Positions 9,713-19,605 of a stretch of 64,000 nt of DNA are shown here, piece after piece (the first letter of the stretch is position 1; each line of letters starts with the position of its first letter). The notes beneath the pieces are model-generated. The model searched no databases and had not been told where the DNA came from. It saw only the letters and a program-made list of their open reading frames with translations. Made by a program: the position numbers and the translations under genes. Source of the DNA: an uncultured Verrucomicrobiae bacterium (GTDB taxonomy: Bacteria; Verrucomicrobiota; Verrucomicrobiia; Chthoniobacterales; JAFAMB01); NCBI GenBank assembly GCA_963837955.1, contig CAWIPH010000002.1:2112001-2176000 (forward strand), written 5' to 3'.

Positions 9713-10779
9713 AGTTAGTTCTACTCGCACTCGCTCTCTTGGCCGGATTTCTGATGGAGGCGCTCGGTTTGCCGGCGGCGTTTCTAACCGGACCTCTTCT
9801 GGCGGCTGCTACATTTTCAATTACTAACCGGCCAGTCATTCGATTCACTCCTTTTATTTACCGTCTGGCCCAATCGGTAATCGGTGTAATGCTCAGCTTT
9901 TCCATCACTGCGAAATCACTGCAGACAATTGCCGCCAATTGGGTGCCGGTGATTGCGCTCGTGCTGGCGATGTTAGCTCTGACCACAGTGATCGGCATTT
10001 TTTTGCAACGGTTCGCTAACCTTCAGCCAGGGACAGCTCTCCTCGGCACATTACCGGGCGGTGCGGGTGAAATGATTGCCATGAGCGACTCGTTGGGCGC
10101 CGACGTACGTTTGGTGACCGTAATGCAGTACGGCCGCCTGCTGGCCATTCTTGCCACGATCTCCTTGGTAGGACACTTTGCTGGGGCTTCGCCCGGTGCG
10201 GGTCACCCTATGACGTCGTTGGCCGCCGTTCATCCGGCCGGACCGCTTCACTACTTGATCTCGGCGATGATAGCCCTAGTGGGGGCGGCGCTCGGTACGC
10301 GTTTTCGGATTCCAGCGGGAACCATGATTATACCTGCAGTTCTGGCCGCCTTCGCCGGAGTCATAGGAGTGCCGGCCGCTCCTTGGCCTCCCATTGTTAT
10401 TGGGGCCGCTTATATGGTGCTCGGTCTGCAAATCGGTTCGAACTTTGATGCGGCGATCATCCAGCAGCTGAGACGCCTTGGGTTGTTCGTTCTGGTCAGC
10501 AACATCTTCCTTTTGGTGGTATCTGCTCTGCTGGCAGCTTGTCTAATGCCCTTGCTCAAGATCGACTTGCTCAGTGCCTATTTGGCGGCGACACCCGGAG
10601 GTTTGGACTCGGTGGCAGTGATGGCGACCGACCTGAAAGCGGATGCGGCATTAATTCTGGCCGTTCATTCGCTTCGACTGATTAGTGTTCTAGTGCTTGG
10701 TCCATTTCTTGTGCAGATCGTGGGACGGCGGCTAGCAGAATCCGAGAACTGTATTCAGAAGCCGGAAGCAGGAAGCTAG
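9709..10779 (+). CDS. AbrB-family membrane protein
   Basis: Two internal repeats with PGGAGEM...ADVRLV and PGGLDSV...ADAALI motifs; highly hydrophobic. Confidence 0.85.
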   Translation: MKLVLLALALLAGFLMEALGLPAAFLTGPLLAAATFSITNRPVIRFTPFIYRLAQSVIGVMLSFSITAKSLQTIAANWVPVIALVLAMLALTTVIGIFLQRFANLQPGTALLGTLPGGAGEMIAMSDSLGADVRLVTVMQYGRLLAILATISLVGHFAGASPGAGHPMTSLAAVHPAGPLHYLISAMIALVGAALGTRFRIPAGTMIIPAVLAAFAGVIGVPAAPWPPIVIGAAYMVLGLQIGSNFDAAIIQQLRRLGLFVLVSNIFLLVVSALLAACLMPLLKIDLLSAYLAATPGGLDSVAVMATDLKADAALILAVHSLRLISVLVLGPFLVQIVGRRLAESENCIQKPEAGS

Positions 10780-10893
10780 AAGAAGGGATATGGCAGAGTC
10801 GACTTGCCTGCCTGTCATAGTCTCGCAGTACGCTCGCCGCGCAGCCCCTGGATTATGTCTGGTCTCCGGTCCGGCCGGGTTGGGTATCCGGGA

Positions 10894-11250
10894 TTAGGTG
10901 TGTTGCAGGTGGGTGTCGTTGAAACGGGTCGGGTATTTGAGGCCAAAGCCAAGTAGTCGGTCGAGGCCGATGTGCGAGGTCCAGATCAGCCCGTAAGGCA
11001 ACAACCAAAAGGATTTTTCTAAGAAGGCATACGCGATCAATAGAAACGGCCCGATAAGTGTGTGCACGAGATTGTAACAAATGGTCCCTAACCGTACACC
11101 GCGCAGATAACCGAGCATCGCGAGGTCGGGCAGTAAGAGCAGCACTACAAATAGGATCCAACTTGCCCCCATCTCTGCGTAACCAAGAAGGCTGAGAGCA
11201 AGGGCACAACCACCTTCAATTCGAAGAAGAATTCCGGGTCTGGTAAGCAC
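10894..11250 (-). CDS. DUF4260-like small membrane protein
   Basis: LLRIEG, PDLAMLGYL, YNLVHT, HIGLDRLLGFGLKYPTRFNDTHL. Confidence 0.85.
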   Translation of the reverse strand: MLTRPGILLRIEGGCALALSLLGYAEMGASWILFVVLLLLPDLAMLGYLRGVRLGTICYNLVHTLIGPFLLIAYAFLEKSFWLLPYGLIWTSHIGLDRLLGFGLKYPTRFNDTHLQHT

Positions 11251-11390
11251 CTATAAAGTTAGCACGACATCCGTTTACCCGTTAACGACTAGAAGCCGCA
11301 GATTGCCAGCGTCCGCTAAAAGTGCCGGCTGGAGGCCTCTTTCTCAGCCACCGTCGTTCGGTAGAAGCCCAAGAGACGGACGTCGAGTTC

Positions 11391-11616
11391 CGTCCCGTAG
11401 GGACCAATGAAAGTAGCCCAGCACTTCAGTGCTGGGTTTGCGTTTTTTGAAAGCGCTGCGTCCCGGTAGGGACGATCGATAACCGGTTGCGCTCGTGAAG
11501 TCACACCGCACGCAAAGAGGCGTCGGTTCGATCGTCCCTACCGGGACGGACGCCTCTTTGCCCCATTTCCCAGCACTGAAGTGCTGGGCTACTTTCACTC
11601 TGTCCCTATCGGGACG
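11391..11616. repeat. REP-like double inverted repeat (family B)
   Basis: Outer arms TGAAAGTAGCCCAGCACTTCAGTGCTGGG / CCCAGCACTGAAGTGCTGGGCTACTTTCA; inner arms CGTCCCGGTAGGGACGATCGA / TCGATCGTCCCTACCGGGACG. Confidence 0.85.
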
Positions 11617-11656
11617 CAGACGTTTTCTGAACAGTCGCCGCTACCCGGCACATTCG

Positions 11657-12715
11657 TCAGAAGTCGAATTTGTCGATGTTATCTTTGTTGAAGATGAAGG
11701 GCGGCCCGAGCAGGAATTGGCTTCCGTTGATGAGTTTGAGTTTTCCTAGCCGGCCCGCTTCAAGTTCGGTAGAGCCTGGTTTGATCTTACCGTCGACGGC
11801 TGCGCGCATCGCATAAACGGCCGCATAACCCAAGTCGACCGGATTCCATAGTATGACCGACTTCACGCAACCAGATTTCACGAAGGGCTTCATCTGGTTC
11901 GGCGTGGAGAGTCCGGTAACCGCGACCTTGCCAATGAGGTTAGCCTGGGTAATCGCATCGGCCGCACCAGGAAAAGCCACACTGGAAAGGCCGATGATCC
12001 CTTTGACGTTGGGATAAGCCTTTACAATTTCACCTGTGGCCTTGAAGGCCAGCTGCTGGTCTTCCTCGGAGGGTAGGATCGTCACGATGTTTAGCTTTAA
12101 TCCCTGTCCAGCAATGTACTTTTTCATCTGCGCGATCCATTCGTTCTGGTTGGGTGCAGAAAGGGAACTCGTCACGATGGCGATATCGGCTTCCTTGCCG
12201 ACTTCGGCCACTAACGAATCGATCAAGGCTTTGGCGATGCCGTCCGGTGTCGCTTGCTGCACGAACCATTCGCGGGCATCAGGCTGTGACTCGGCGTCGT
12301 AGCCGATGACTTGGATGCCCGCCTTTAGGGCCTTTCGGAGAACGGGCGAGATGGCGACCGGATCATTCGCGGCAAACAAGATGCCGTCCACCCCACGGGA
12401 AATCGTGTTGTCGATAAATTCTATTTGTTTCTGAATAGCGGCTTCTGTTGGCCCATCGGTGGTGACTTCAGTCGGCAGGCCGTTCTTGGTCAACTCTGCG
12501 GCCGCCTCAGCCTGGCCTTTGGTGGTCGCAGCGAAATAGCCTATGCCAATGAGTTTCGGAACGTCGAAGAGGACGATTTTCTTTCCCTTCAAATCCTTTG
12601 GATTGGTGGGTTGGCCACCGTTGTAAGAGCTGTCTGCGCCGAGTACGATCGTACTCAGGGCCGCGGCCAAAAGGATAAGTCTTTTGGTAGATCGAATAGG
12701 TTTTGCTGGGTTCAT
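11657..12715 (-). CDS. Sugar ABC substrate-binding protein (RhaS/LsrB-like)
   Basis: Signal peptide; VPKLIGIGYF, AANDPVAISPVL, GLSTPNQMKPFVKSG, LWNPVDLGY. Confidence 0.85.
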   Translation of the reverse strand: MNPAKPIRSTKRLILLAAALSTIVLGADSSYNGGQPTNPKDLKGKKIVLFDVPKLIGIGYFAATTKGQAEAAAELTKNGLPTEVTTDGPTEAAIQKQIEFIDNTISRGVDGILFAANDPVAISPVLRKALKAGIQVIGYDAESQPDAREWFVQQATPDGIAKALIDSLVAEVGKEADIAIVTSSLSAPNQNEWIAQMKKYIAGQGLKLNIVTILPSEEDQQLAFKATGEIVKAYPNVKGIIGLSSVAFPGAADAITQANLIGKVAVTGLSTPNQMKPFVKSGCVKSVILWNPVDLGYAAVYAMRAAVDGKIKPGSTELEAGRLGKLKLINGSQFLLGPPFIFNKDNIDKFDF

Positions 12716-13044
12716 GTTTTGGGAGGATTCTGCGTTTTTTGGGGGCGGAGTTTTCTTTGGCTACTGGCTGCCTTCTCTAAATGATAAGTCTGATAGGCGC
12801 CAGGTGCGAGGTTGTTAATGTAGATATAGCTGTTCCGGCTGTCAGCTTGATCCGAATCGGAGGGGCGGCTGCGCGGACGGAAAATGACCAATAGTCGACA
12901 GCCAAAGATATAGGAGTTGAAAGCTGCTAATCGGTAATCACTCCGTTACTCGGCTGTCCCATTCCGCGAAGCGCTGTGAACGTTGGCCCGGTCCAGCCTG
13001 GACCTTTTTGACAAATGGAGAACGGAGAACCAGGAAGGTAGGAC

Positions 13045-14868
13045 GTGGCAGAAAGATTTACTCATGCGGTTGACCCTGATTTCGATCAGGTGATGGGCTT
13101 AGTAGATGGAGAAGGACCTGACGGGCGCAGCCCGGGAGTTTGGATCTTTGGGCGACCGATCGGCCTGATCGAGGCTCGGAACCTGCAGCAGTTGGAGGCT
13201 GCTTGCGCAGCTATCGACGAGACCAGCCGTTCTTGCCATGTCGTGCTTTTGGCGGACTATGAGATTGGGTCGTGGTTCGAGCCAAAACTAAAGTTCGGCA
13301 CGGAGGAGCACCCTTGGGCACCCTTGCAAGCCTGGGTATTCAAAACGGCAACCTGGTTGGACCATCAAGCCTGTGAGAATTGGTTAAGCCAAAACTTGAA
13401 AAAGACCGGTGCGGACCAGCGGCCCTCTGGAATTGCTGGAGCGCGCGCCGAGCTGAATGAATCCGAATACACAGCGGCCGTAGAATCGGCTCTCCGTCAT
13501 ATTGCCAGCGGAGATATTTATCAGGTTAACCTCACTTGGAGAATCGATTTTACATTGTTTGGTTCACCGCTGGCTCTCTATCGCAAGCTGCGCCGGTCTC
13601 AACCGGTCAACCACGGAGCCTACTTGCTGCTTCCTGATCGGGTCATATTATCGCTGTCTCCGGAACTCTTCCTGGAGCGGCGGGGCGATAAGATTATCTC
13701 GAAACCGATGAAAGGAACTCTTTCCAGAGCTGGTGAATCCGGAACCGACGATGCGGTGGCGGACGCTTTGCAGCGATCGGAAAAGGATCGAGCAGAAAAT
13801 CTCATGATTGTTGATCTCATGAGGAACGATCTGGGTAAAATCGCGCAGACCGGCTCAGTTAGAGTCGATCAGCTTTTTGGGATCGAACGATACCCAACCG
13901 TCTACCAGATGGTTTCTCAAGTGAGTGCGAAAGTTCCTGATCGATCGCTGTTTAATACGCTAAAAGCGCTTTTCCCGTCCGGCTCAGTCACTGGTGCACC
14001 CAAGATTCGCGCCATGGAAATCATTAGCATTCTCGAGCGATCTTCCCGGGGGATCTACACAGGAGCCATCGGCCATATTAAACCAGGCGCCGACTTCGCG
14101 TTTAATGTTGCCATTCGTACCATTGAGATAACACCGGACAACCGAGGTCGCTTACACGTTGGAAGTGGAATCGTCGCCGACTCAGCGGCGAATTCGGAGT
14201 ATGCAGAATGCTGGTCAAAGGCTCGCTTTCTTACCGAGTTGCAACCTGACTTCGCGCTTTTGGAAACCTTGTTGCTCGCTGGAGGCGAACTGAAGCGTCT
14301 CGATGCTCACTTAAAGCGGCTTAAAGAATCTGCGGAGTTTTTTGGGTTCAAGTATTGCGAATCAAACTGTCGCAAAAGGCTGCTTTACACTCGGGGGACT
14401 GGCTCCGAAGGAAAGTATCGCGTGAGACTGACACTTGAGAAAGATGGTAACATCGAGTTACAGGTTCGGCCTCTAGTTGACCTGTCAAAGCAGTTATCAT
14501 ATGTCATCGCCGCGGATCGAGTGGATGCCGGGGATCTGCTTTTGCGTCACAAGACTACTGCCCGCCGGTTGTATGATGATGCGCTGGAATACGTCAAACA
14601 GGATCCTGCTTGCTTTGACATCTTGTTCTTCAATCAACGGGATGAATTGACCGAGGGGGCACGGAGCAACGTCTTTCTGCTGAAAGACAGCGTCTGGTTG
14701 ACACCGCCGCTCGAGAGCGGAGTGCTAAACGGTATTATGCGCCAGGAAATTTTGCGGACCCGAGAAGTGCGAGTGCAAAAGCTATATCCCGAGGATTTGC
14801 GGAGTGCGGACGCTGTGTATCTTTCCAACGCTCTGCGTGGGCTGATACGCGTATCAGCTAAGAGTTAG
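13045..14868 (+). CDS. pabB: Aminodeoxychorismate synthase component I fused to a class IV aminotransferase/ADC lyase domain (PabB-PabC fusion)
   Basis: GDIYQVNLT, SLSPELFL, KPMKGT, EKDRAENLMIVDLMRNDL, FPSGSVTGAPKIRAM; C-terminal LLETL, HKTT, TEGARSNVF, TPPLESGVLNG. Confidence 0.9.
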   Translation: MAERFTHAVDPDFDQVMGLVDGEGPDGRSPGVWIFGRPIGLIEARNLQQLEAACAAIDETSRSCHVVLLADYEIGSWFEPKLKFGTEEHPWAPLQAWVFKTATWLDHQACENWLSQNLKKTGADQRPSGIAGARAELNESEYTAAVESALRHIASGDIYQVNLTWRIDFTLFGSPLALYRKLRRSQPVNHGAYLLLPDRVILSLSPELFLERRGDKIISKPMKGTLSRAGESGTDDAVADALQRSEKDRAENLMIVDLMRNDLGKIAQTGSVRVDQLFGIERYPTVYQMVSQVSAKVPDRSLFNTLKALFPSGSVTGAPKIRAMEIISILERSSRGIYTGAIGHIKPGADFAFNVAIRTIEITPDNRGRLHVGSGIVADSAANSEYAECWSKARFLTELQPDFALLETLLLAGGELKRLDAHLKRLKESAEFFGFKYCESNCRKRLLYTRGTGSEGKYRVRLTLEKDGNIELQVRPLVDLSKQLSYVIAADRVDAGDLLLRHKTTARRLYDDALEYVKQDPACFDILFFNQRDELTEGARSNVFLLKDSVWLTPPLESGVLNGIMRQEILRTREVRVQKLYPEDLRSADAVYLSNALRGLIRVSAKS

Positions 14869-14979
14869 CGGTTAGCGCTTTTGCGCCCTTCAAGGCATGC
14901 TGCTCAATTTTTTTCGCAAAGCCTTCGGTGCGCCCTCGCCTAGGGATATACAGCGGAATGTTACCGGGACGAGTACCAC

Positions 14980-15633
14980 TCAACCGACCTCGAGTACGAA
15001 GTTGAAGGTGGCGACTCGCGCCGCCGCTGTGTCGCGAATCTTCAGCTGCAAATCGCGTTTGAACAAGAAATCCGTAGCGTTGCGCTCCTCTCCCGGGAAG
15101 TAAAGCTGGGTGGATAGGATCGGACCGTGCGCGGCTTGGAGCCGAACATGATAATGACGGGTTCGTCCCGGATACAAACCAGGCATGATTGTTTCCAAAG
15201 TGTATCTTCCGTCGGGATCAGAGAACTGATGGCCGCGGCACCGGAAGCCATCGAAATCGTATCGACCGTCGGCATCGGAATGCCAGAAATCGAGTAGCGC
15301 GCCCGGGATCGGTTTCCCTTTCCGGTCGAGAACAAATCCAGTCAGCTTCACTGGTGTTCCGGTTACGCCTGGGTCACGGAAATTGTTCTTGGCGGGCGAG
15401 TTTGGCTTGAAGAACGGTCCAGCCGTTTCTTCAGGAGTCAGCTCCAACTTATCACCTACAGCAGGAGTGGGCTCAAGATCGACAGCTCCTTTGTCCTGAG
15501 CTGAGTTCGCCTGGACCCGGGCTAGAAACGCCACCGGAGCGGCTGCCACCGCCACGGCATAAAGAAATCTGCGTCTGGAAAAGGCCGACGAAACTGGCTC
15601 AGCCATGATCAAACGTTCTCCCGCGATAGACAT
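14980..15633 (-). CDS. Intradiol ring-cleavage dioxygenase-like protein with a Tat signal
   Basis: SRRRFL Tat motif; ETAGPFF, LDFWHSDADGRY, TIMPGLYPGRTRHYHV, TQLYFP. Confidence 0.85.
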   Translation of the reverse strand: MSIAGERLIMAEPVSSAFSRRRFLYAVAVAAAPVAFLARVQANSAQDKGAVDLEPTPAVGDKLELTPEETAGPFFKPNSPAKNNFRDPGVTGTPVKLTGFVLDRKGKPIPGALLDFWHSDADGRYDFDGFRCRGHQFSDPDGRYTLETIMPGLYPGRTRHYHVRLQAAHGPILSTQLYFPGEERNATDFLFKRDLQLKIRDTAAARVATFNFVLEVG

Positions 15634-15688
15634 TTTGCAACTCGGAAGAGCCAGGAAGGGACATCAACTTGCGACGGCACCCGGCCTG

Positions 15689-16999
15689 CTAGAAAAAAGT
15701 CTGAATCGCGTCAACGACTCGGTAATCATTGTCCACCACGTATAGCAATTTCCACTTGTCGAACGTCGTGCACGGGTGAGATACGCCGAGCCCGATCATA
15801 TCACCAACCCGCAAGGGGCTGTTGGCCGCAATCTGCAGGTGAGCATGCTGATCACTCACGCCGATGACCTCGCAGCCTGAAAGAGGGACGGCTCCGCCTG
15901 GCGGCCGAGCCCATTTGAGCGGAACGGGATTGCCTGCATCCGTCCCGAAATCACGGCGCCCGGCGGAAAGTATGGCGAGATCGGGTTCAGGTCTTGAGAG
16001 AACGTAGGTCCAGACCTCGAGTGCCGCAGACAATTGATTTTCCACGTCTGTTGCGCGAGCCGTGCGGCTGTTCAATTCGGTCTGAAGTTTTTCATAGATG
16101 CCCGAATCGTGCGTGAGATAACACCCGCTGCGAGTGAGCACCCGGACTGGGCGCGACAGCTGCACGGCAGAAAACATCTCGGACACGAGATCGTAGTAAG
16201 CAGATCCGCCCGCACTCAGAATAATTTCATCTCCATCAAACAAGCCCAACCTATCGGTTTCAGTCGTCACATCGATGATCAGTTGCAGGAACGATCGGAC
16301 GAGCTTAACGCGATCATCATTCCATCTGTATTGGTACAAACCTTCAAAGCCGGCAGTTCCGGTGAGCGTCAACTGCGGTTGAACTGCTCGGATCGCTTGA
16401 GCAATCTCAACGCCCTCAGCCAACGTTCGGACGCCGCAACGCCCGCCCGTGAAACCGACTTCTATGAATACCTTTATCGGACGTTCGAGACCGCCTTTTC
16501 CGACGCCATCGGCCAAACGGGAGACGCCTTCGATCGAATCGACGAAGCAGTACAAATCGAAATCTGGATTGGCCGCCATCTCGGCGACTAGGTAATCGAT
16601 CTCGCGCCGCCCCACGACCTCGTTTGCGAGGAGTAGCCGCTGATGGCCGTAACTACGAGCGACCTGAATCTGGTGGCAGGTGGCGAGGGTGATGCCCCAG
16701 CAACCATCTTGCACTTGCGTCGCGAAAAGTTGCGGGCTCATCGTGGTCTTTCCATGTGGAGCGATCGAGGCGTTGAAACCGGACAGGAACTCCCGCATCC
16801 AATGGCTGTTTTGTTTGAGCACGTTGTTTCGGAGCACGGCGACGGGCAGCGAAAGGTCTTCGTTGAAGAGGTGCCAATCAGCCCTGGCAATTGTCGATCG
16901 GTCTACCGATCTGAGACCGGCCGGAACACCTTTGATTCGCTGATCCAGCCGGAAGTTATCGGTGTCGCGGTTCTCCACGCTTGGTTCACGGAACCACAA
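15689..16999 (-). CDS. PLP-dependent D-amino acid deaminase / D-serine dehydratase-like protein (alanine racemase fold)
   Basis: APHGKTTMSPQLF, GGRCGVRT, SAGGSAYYD, RSGCYLTHD, SHPCTTFDKW. Confidence 0.85.
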   Translation of the reverse strand: MWFREPSVENRDTDNFRLDQRIKGVPAGLRSVDRSTIARADWHLFNEDLSLPVAVLRNNVLKQNSHWMREFLSGFNASIAPHGKTTMSPQLFATQVQDGCWGITLATCHQIQVARSYGHQRLLLANEVVGRREIDYLVAEMAANPDFDLYCFVDSIEGVSRLADGVGKGGLERPIKVFIEVGFTGGRCGVRTLAEGVEIAQAIRAVQPQLTLTGTAGFEGLYQYRWNDDRVKLVRSFLQLIIDVTTETDRLGLFDGDEIILSAGGSAYYDLVSEMFSAVQLSRPVRVLTRSGCYLTHDSGIYEKLQTELNSRTARATDVENQLSAALEVWTYVLSRPEPDLAILSAGRRDFGTDAGNPVPLKWARPPGGAVPLSGCEVIGVSDQHAHLQIAANSPLRVGDMIGLGVSHPCTTFDKWKLLYVVDNDYRVVDAIQTFF

Positions 17000-17058
17000 A
17001 TTTCCCAGAGTTCACGAATTAAAATCTGAGTCTTCGAGATGTCCGCGAAAGTGGTTCG

Positions 17059-18111
17059 TCAAACTAGCCCTCGATCGCTCAGTTCGCGTTTCACGTAGGC
17101 GTAATAAATAGGAGCAACGACCAGGCCGCCCAGACCAAATGCTACCTCCATCACCAGCATCGCGACCAAGAGTTCCCAAGCCCGAGCCTGGATACTGGAT
17201 CCGACAATTCTGGCGTTGAAGAAATATTCGAGCTTATGAATCACGATCAGAAATATGAGAGCGAACACGCCGGCAAAGACCGAAACGGAAAGACCGGCCA
17301 CAACTATCGCCGTGTTGGAAATCAGGTTACCCACGACCGGGATCAAGCCTGCGAAAAACGTAATGGCGATCAGAGTTTTCCCGAGAGGTAGGTGTACGCC
17401 AAGGGCCGGAAGTAATACAAAGATAAAGATTATTGTCAGAACCGTGTTCAAGGCTGAAATGCGCACCTGCGCGAAGACTACCCGCCGGAACGCTTCGGCG
17501 AAACGCGAAATCCTTTCTATGAGCGCTGCCGCCAACGGCCGGTGTCGTGTATGCGGACCCACCTCGAGGAGCGAAACCAATCCACCTATGATCATGCCCA
17601 CCAGGCCACGAACGAAGAGATGCAGGACATCTTTACCGATTTGCTGCACTTCCTTGGCGTGTTCATCCATCCAGCCGGAGGCCAACGTCTTCAGGTCATC
17701 GACGTTTCCGGGAAGGCTCTCTACCAAGAAGGGAGGCAATTTGCCCCGGGCTTCGGTGATGATTTGATTCAGTTTCTCGGATAAAACCTCGGGACTGCTT
17801 GCCTCACTCCTCAGGAAGGCAGCAACTCCAAACCCCGCGAGAATCAAGACGGCGATCGTCAATATCGCGAGAGTAGCTACCGCCAACCAGCGCGACCAAC
17901 GATGAAGGAGGTGACGTTCGATGAGCGGTGCAATTAAGCCGACCACCTCGTAAACGAGCAGTCCGGCAACGAGCGCGGAAACCAGATGAAGAAAAACAAT
18001 AGCCAGGAGACCAACCCCGGCCAGAATCCAGGAGGCAATGAGCGATCCGGTAACCGGCTCGGATTCAGTGGGCTCAATGATCTTTTCCTGGGGTGAAACG
18101 ACGCTATCCAT
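17059..18111 (-). CDS. AI-2E family transporter
   Basis: FRRVVFAQVRISALNT, GLIPVVGNLISN, HKLEYFFNARIVG. Confidence 0.87.
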   Translation of the reverse strand: MDSVVSPQEKIIEPTESEPVTGSLIASWILAGVGLLAIVFLHLVSALVAGLLVYEVVGLIAPLIERHLLHRWSRWLAVATLAILTIAVLILAGFGVAAFLRSEASSPEVLSEKLNQIITEARGKLPPFLVESLPGNVDDLKTLASGWMDEHAKEVQQIGKDVLHLFVRGLVGMIIGGLVSLLEVGPHTRHRPLAAALIERISRFAEAFRRVVFAQVRISALNTVLTIIFIFVLLPALGVHLPLGKTLIAITFFAGLIPVVGNLISNTAIVVAGLSVSVFAGVFALIFLIVIHKLEYFFNARIVGSSIQARAWELLVAMLVMEVAFGLGGLVVAPIYYAYVKRELSDRGLV

Positions 18112-18417
18112 CGCACTGAACCTGAGATAGTTGCTCAGAGATTGCAATCTCAGGTTCAGAGTCACTTGGCAAAGCCAGCATAAGTCAAGTACGCGCCAAC
18201 GAGAAAGCTGATCGCCGCATAGACGCGGTAGTTTTGCTCATACCGGATCCCTTTGATGAATCTGAGTAATGCTTCCGGAATCCTCCGCCGCCTGCGACGC
18301 CTTGCCCGACGTTGATCCGGTTGCCATCGCTGATGGGTTCCGAAATCACGAGACAATTTTCACCCCCTCGATAGTGTTCGGCGTTATTCTTTTCGATCAC
18401 TTTCATGAAATAAAGAA

Positions 18418-19413
18418 ATGCATATCATGATTTTCGGCGCAGCGGGAATGGTCGGCCGCAAGCTGACTCAACACTTGACGAGCGCTGGACATTTCGGAGG
18501 ACAGGAGTTCACGGCTCTCTCGCTCGTTGACGTAATCGAGCCGGACAAGCCCGCCGGATTTTCCGGAGATATACACGTTGCGGTAGCGGATCTATCTGTT
18601 CCAGAACTCGCAGCCCGCTGCATTGGGACCCGGCCGGATCTGATTTTTCACCTCGCGGCTGTTGTGTCGGGAGAGGCCGAGGCTGATTTCGAGAAGGGCT
18701 ACCGGACTAATCTCGATGGAACTCGCCACCTTTTCGAAGCGATTCGCCACGAGAGCCGGAAAGCGCCTTACCGGCCTCGGGTGGTTTTTGCCTCTTCCAT
18801 TGCCGTGTTCGGAGCTCCTTTCCCTGAAGTGATCGCGGATGAATTCTTCTCGACCCCTCTGACGAGCTACGGAACGCAGAAAGCGATGTCCGAGCTCCTT
18901 TTGGCCGACTATTCACGCCGGGGATTTCTCGATGGGGTCGGTATTCGTCTTCCGACCATTTGCATTCGACCCGGAAAACCGAACAAAGCCGCTTCCGGTT
19001 TTTTCTCCAACATCCTGCGCGAACCTCTTTCCGGGCGGGAGGCTGTACTACCGGTATCGGAAGATGTGCGTCACTGGCATGCCAGTCCCCGGGCAGCCGT
19101 TGGTTTTTTGACGCATGCAGCTAGCATCGATTTGCAGCCACTGGGCGCGAGACGCACGCTGACCATGCCAGGTCTTTCAGCGACCGTAAAGGAGCAGATC
19201 GAGGCACTGCGAAGAGTTGCCGGCGACAAAGCGGTGGCTCTGATCCGCCGCGAACCGGATCGGATGATCGCGACGATGGTGGCAGGATGGCCCTCGGCCT
19301 TTGCTGCAGATCGAGCGAAAGGTCTGGGCTTTCACGCTGACAGGTCGTTTGATGAGATTATCCGAATTCACATCGATGATGAACTCGGTGGGCGTATCCC
19401 GATCTGGCAGTGA
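18418..19413 (+). CDS. D-erythronate dehydrogenase-like extended SDR
   Basis: GAAGMVG Rossmann motif, HLAAVVSGEAEADF, SYGTQK, RPGKPNKAASGFFS. Confidence 0.82.
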   Translation: MHIMIFGAAGMVGRKLTQHLTSAGHFGGQEFTALSLVDVIEPDKPAGFSGDIHVAVADLSVPELAARCIGTRPDLIFHLAAVVSGEAEADFEKGYRTNLDGTRHLFEAIRHESRKAPYRPRVVFASSIAVFGAPFPEVIADEFFSTPLTSYGTQKAMSELLLADYSRRGFLDGVGIRLPTICIRPGKPNKAASGFFSNILREPLSGREAVLPVSEDVRHWHASPRAAVGFLTHAASIDLQPLGARRTLTMPGLSATVKEQIEALRRVAGDKAVALIRREPDRMIATMVAGWPSAFAADRAKGLGFHADRSFDEIIRIHIDDELGGRIPIWQ

Positions 19414-19462
19414 CAACTTGGCGAAGTTTCCGCCGATGCTGCTGGCGATCGGGCTCATACGC

Positions 19463-19599
19463 GGCGTTGCAGGAGGCGATGGCCAGCCAGAGAACCTCCG
19501 ACGGGATGGGACTCATGGGACCTATGGGACTTATGGGTCTAGGTGTCTTTCGTGCGGCACCTTACGCCCCCGGGGCGTTGCAGGAGGCGATGGCCAGCC
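19463..19599. repeat. Perfect 26-bp direct repeat GGCGTTGCAGGAGGCGATGGCCAGCC (19463-19488, 19574-19599)
   Basis: Read directly; the pair brackets the left 56-bp inverted-repeat arm. Confidence 0.85.
19502..19557. repeat. Left arm of a 56-bp inverted repeat built on ATGGGACNY 9-mers (partner at 21550-21606)
   Basis: CGGGATGGGACTCATGGGACCTATGGGACTTATGGGTCTAGGTGTCTTTCGTGCGG equals the reverse complement of 21550-21606 except for one indel. Confidence 0.9.
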
Positions 19600-19605
19600 G
19601 GTCCC

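Noticed and set aside
9709..10779. Ammonia monooxygenase (a common misannotation)
   Set aside because: AbrB-family membrane protein; no amoCAB context.
12830..13040. Folate/THF riboswitch upstream of pabB
   Set aside because: Only a short GGCTGTC/GACAGCC pairing; no riboswitch consensus recognised.
19463..19599. Mini CRISPR array from the 26-bp direct repeats
   Set aside because: Only two repeats, an 85-bp repetitive spacer and no cas genes.
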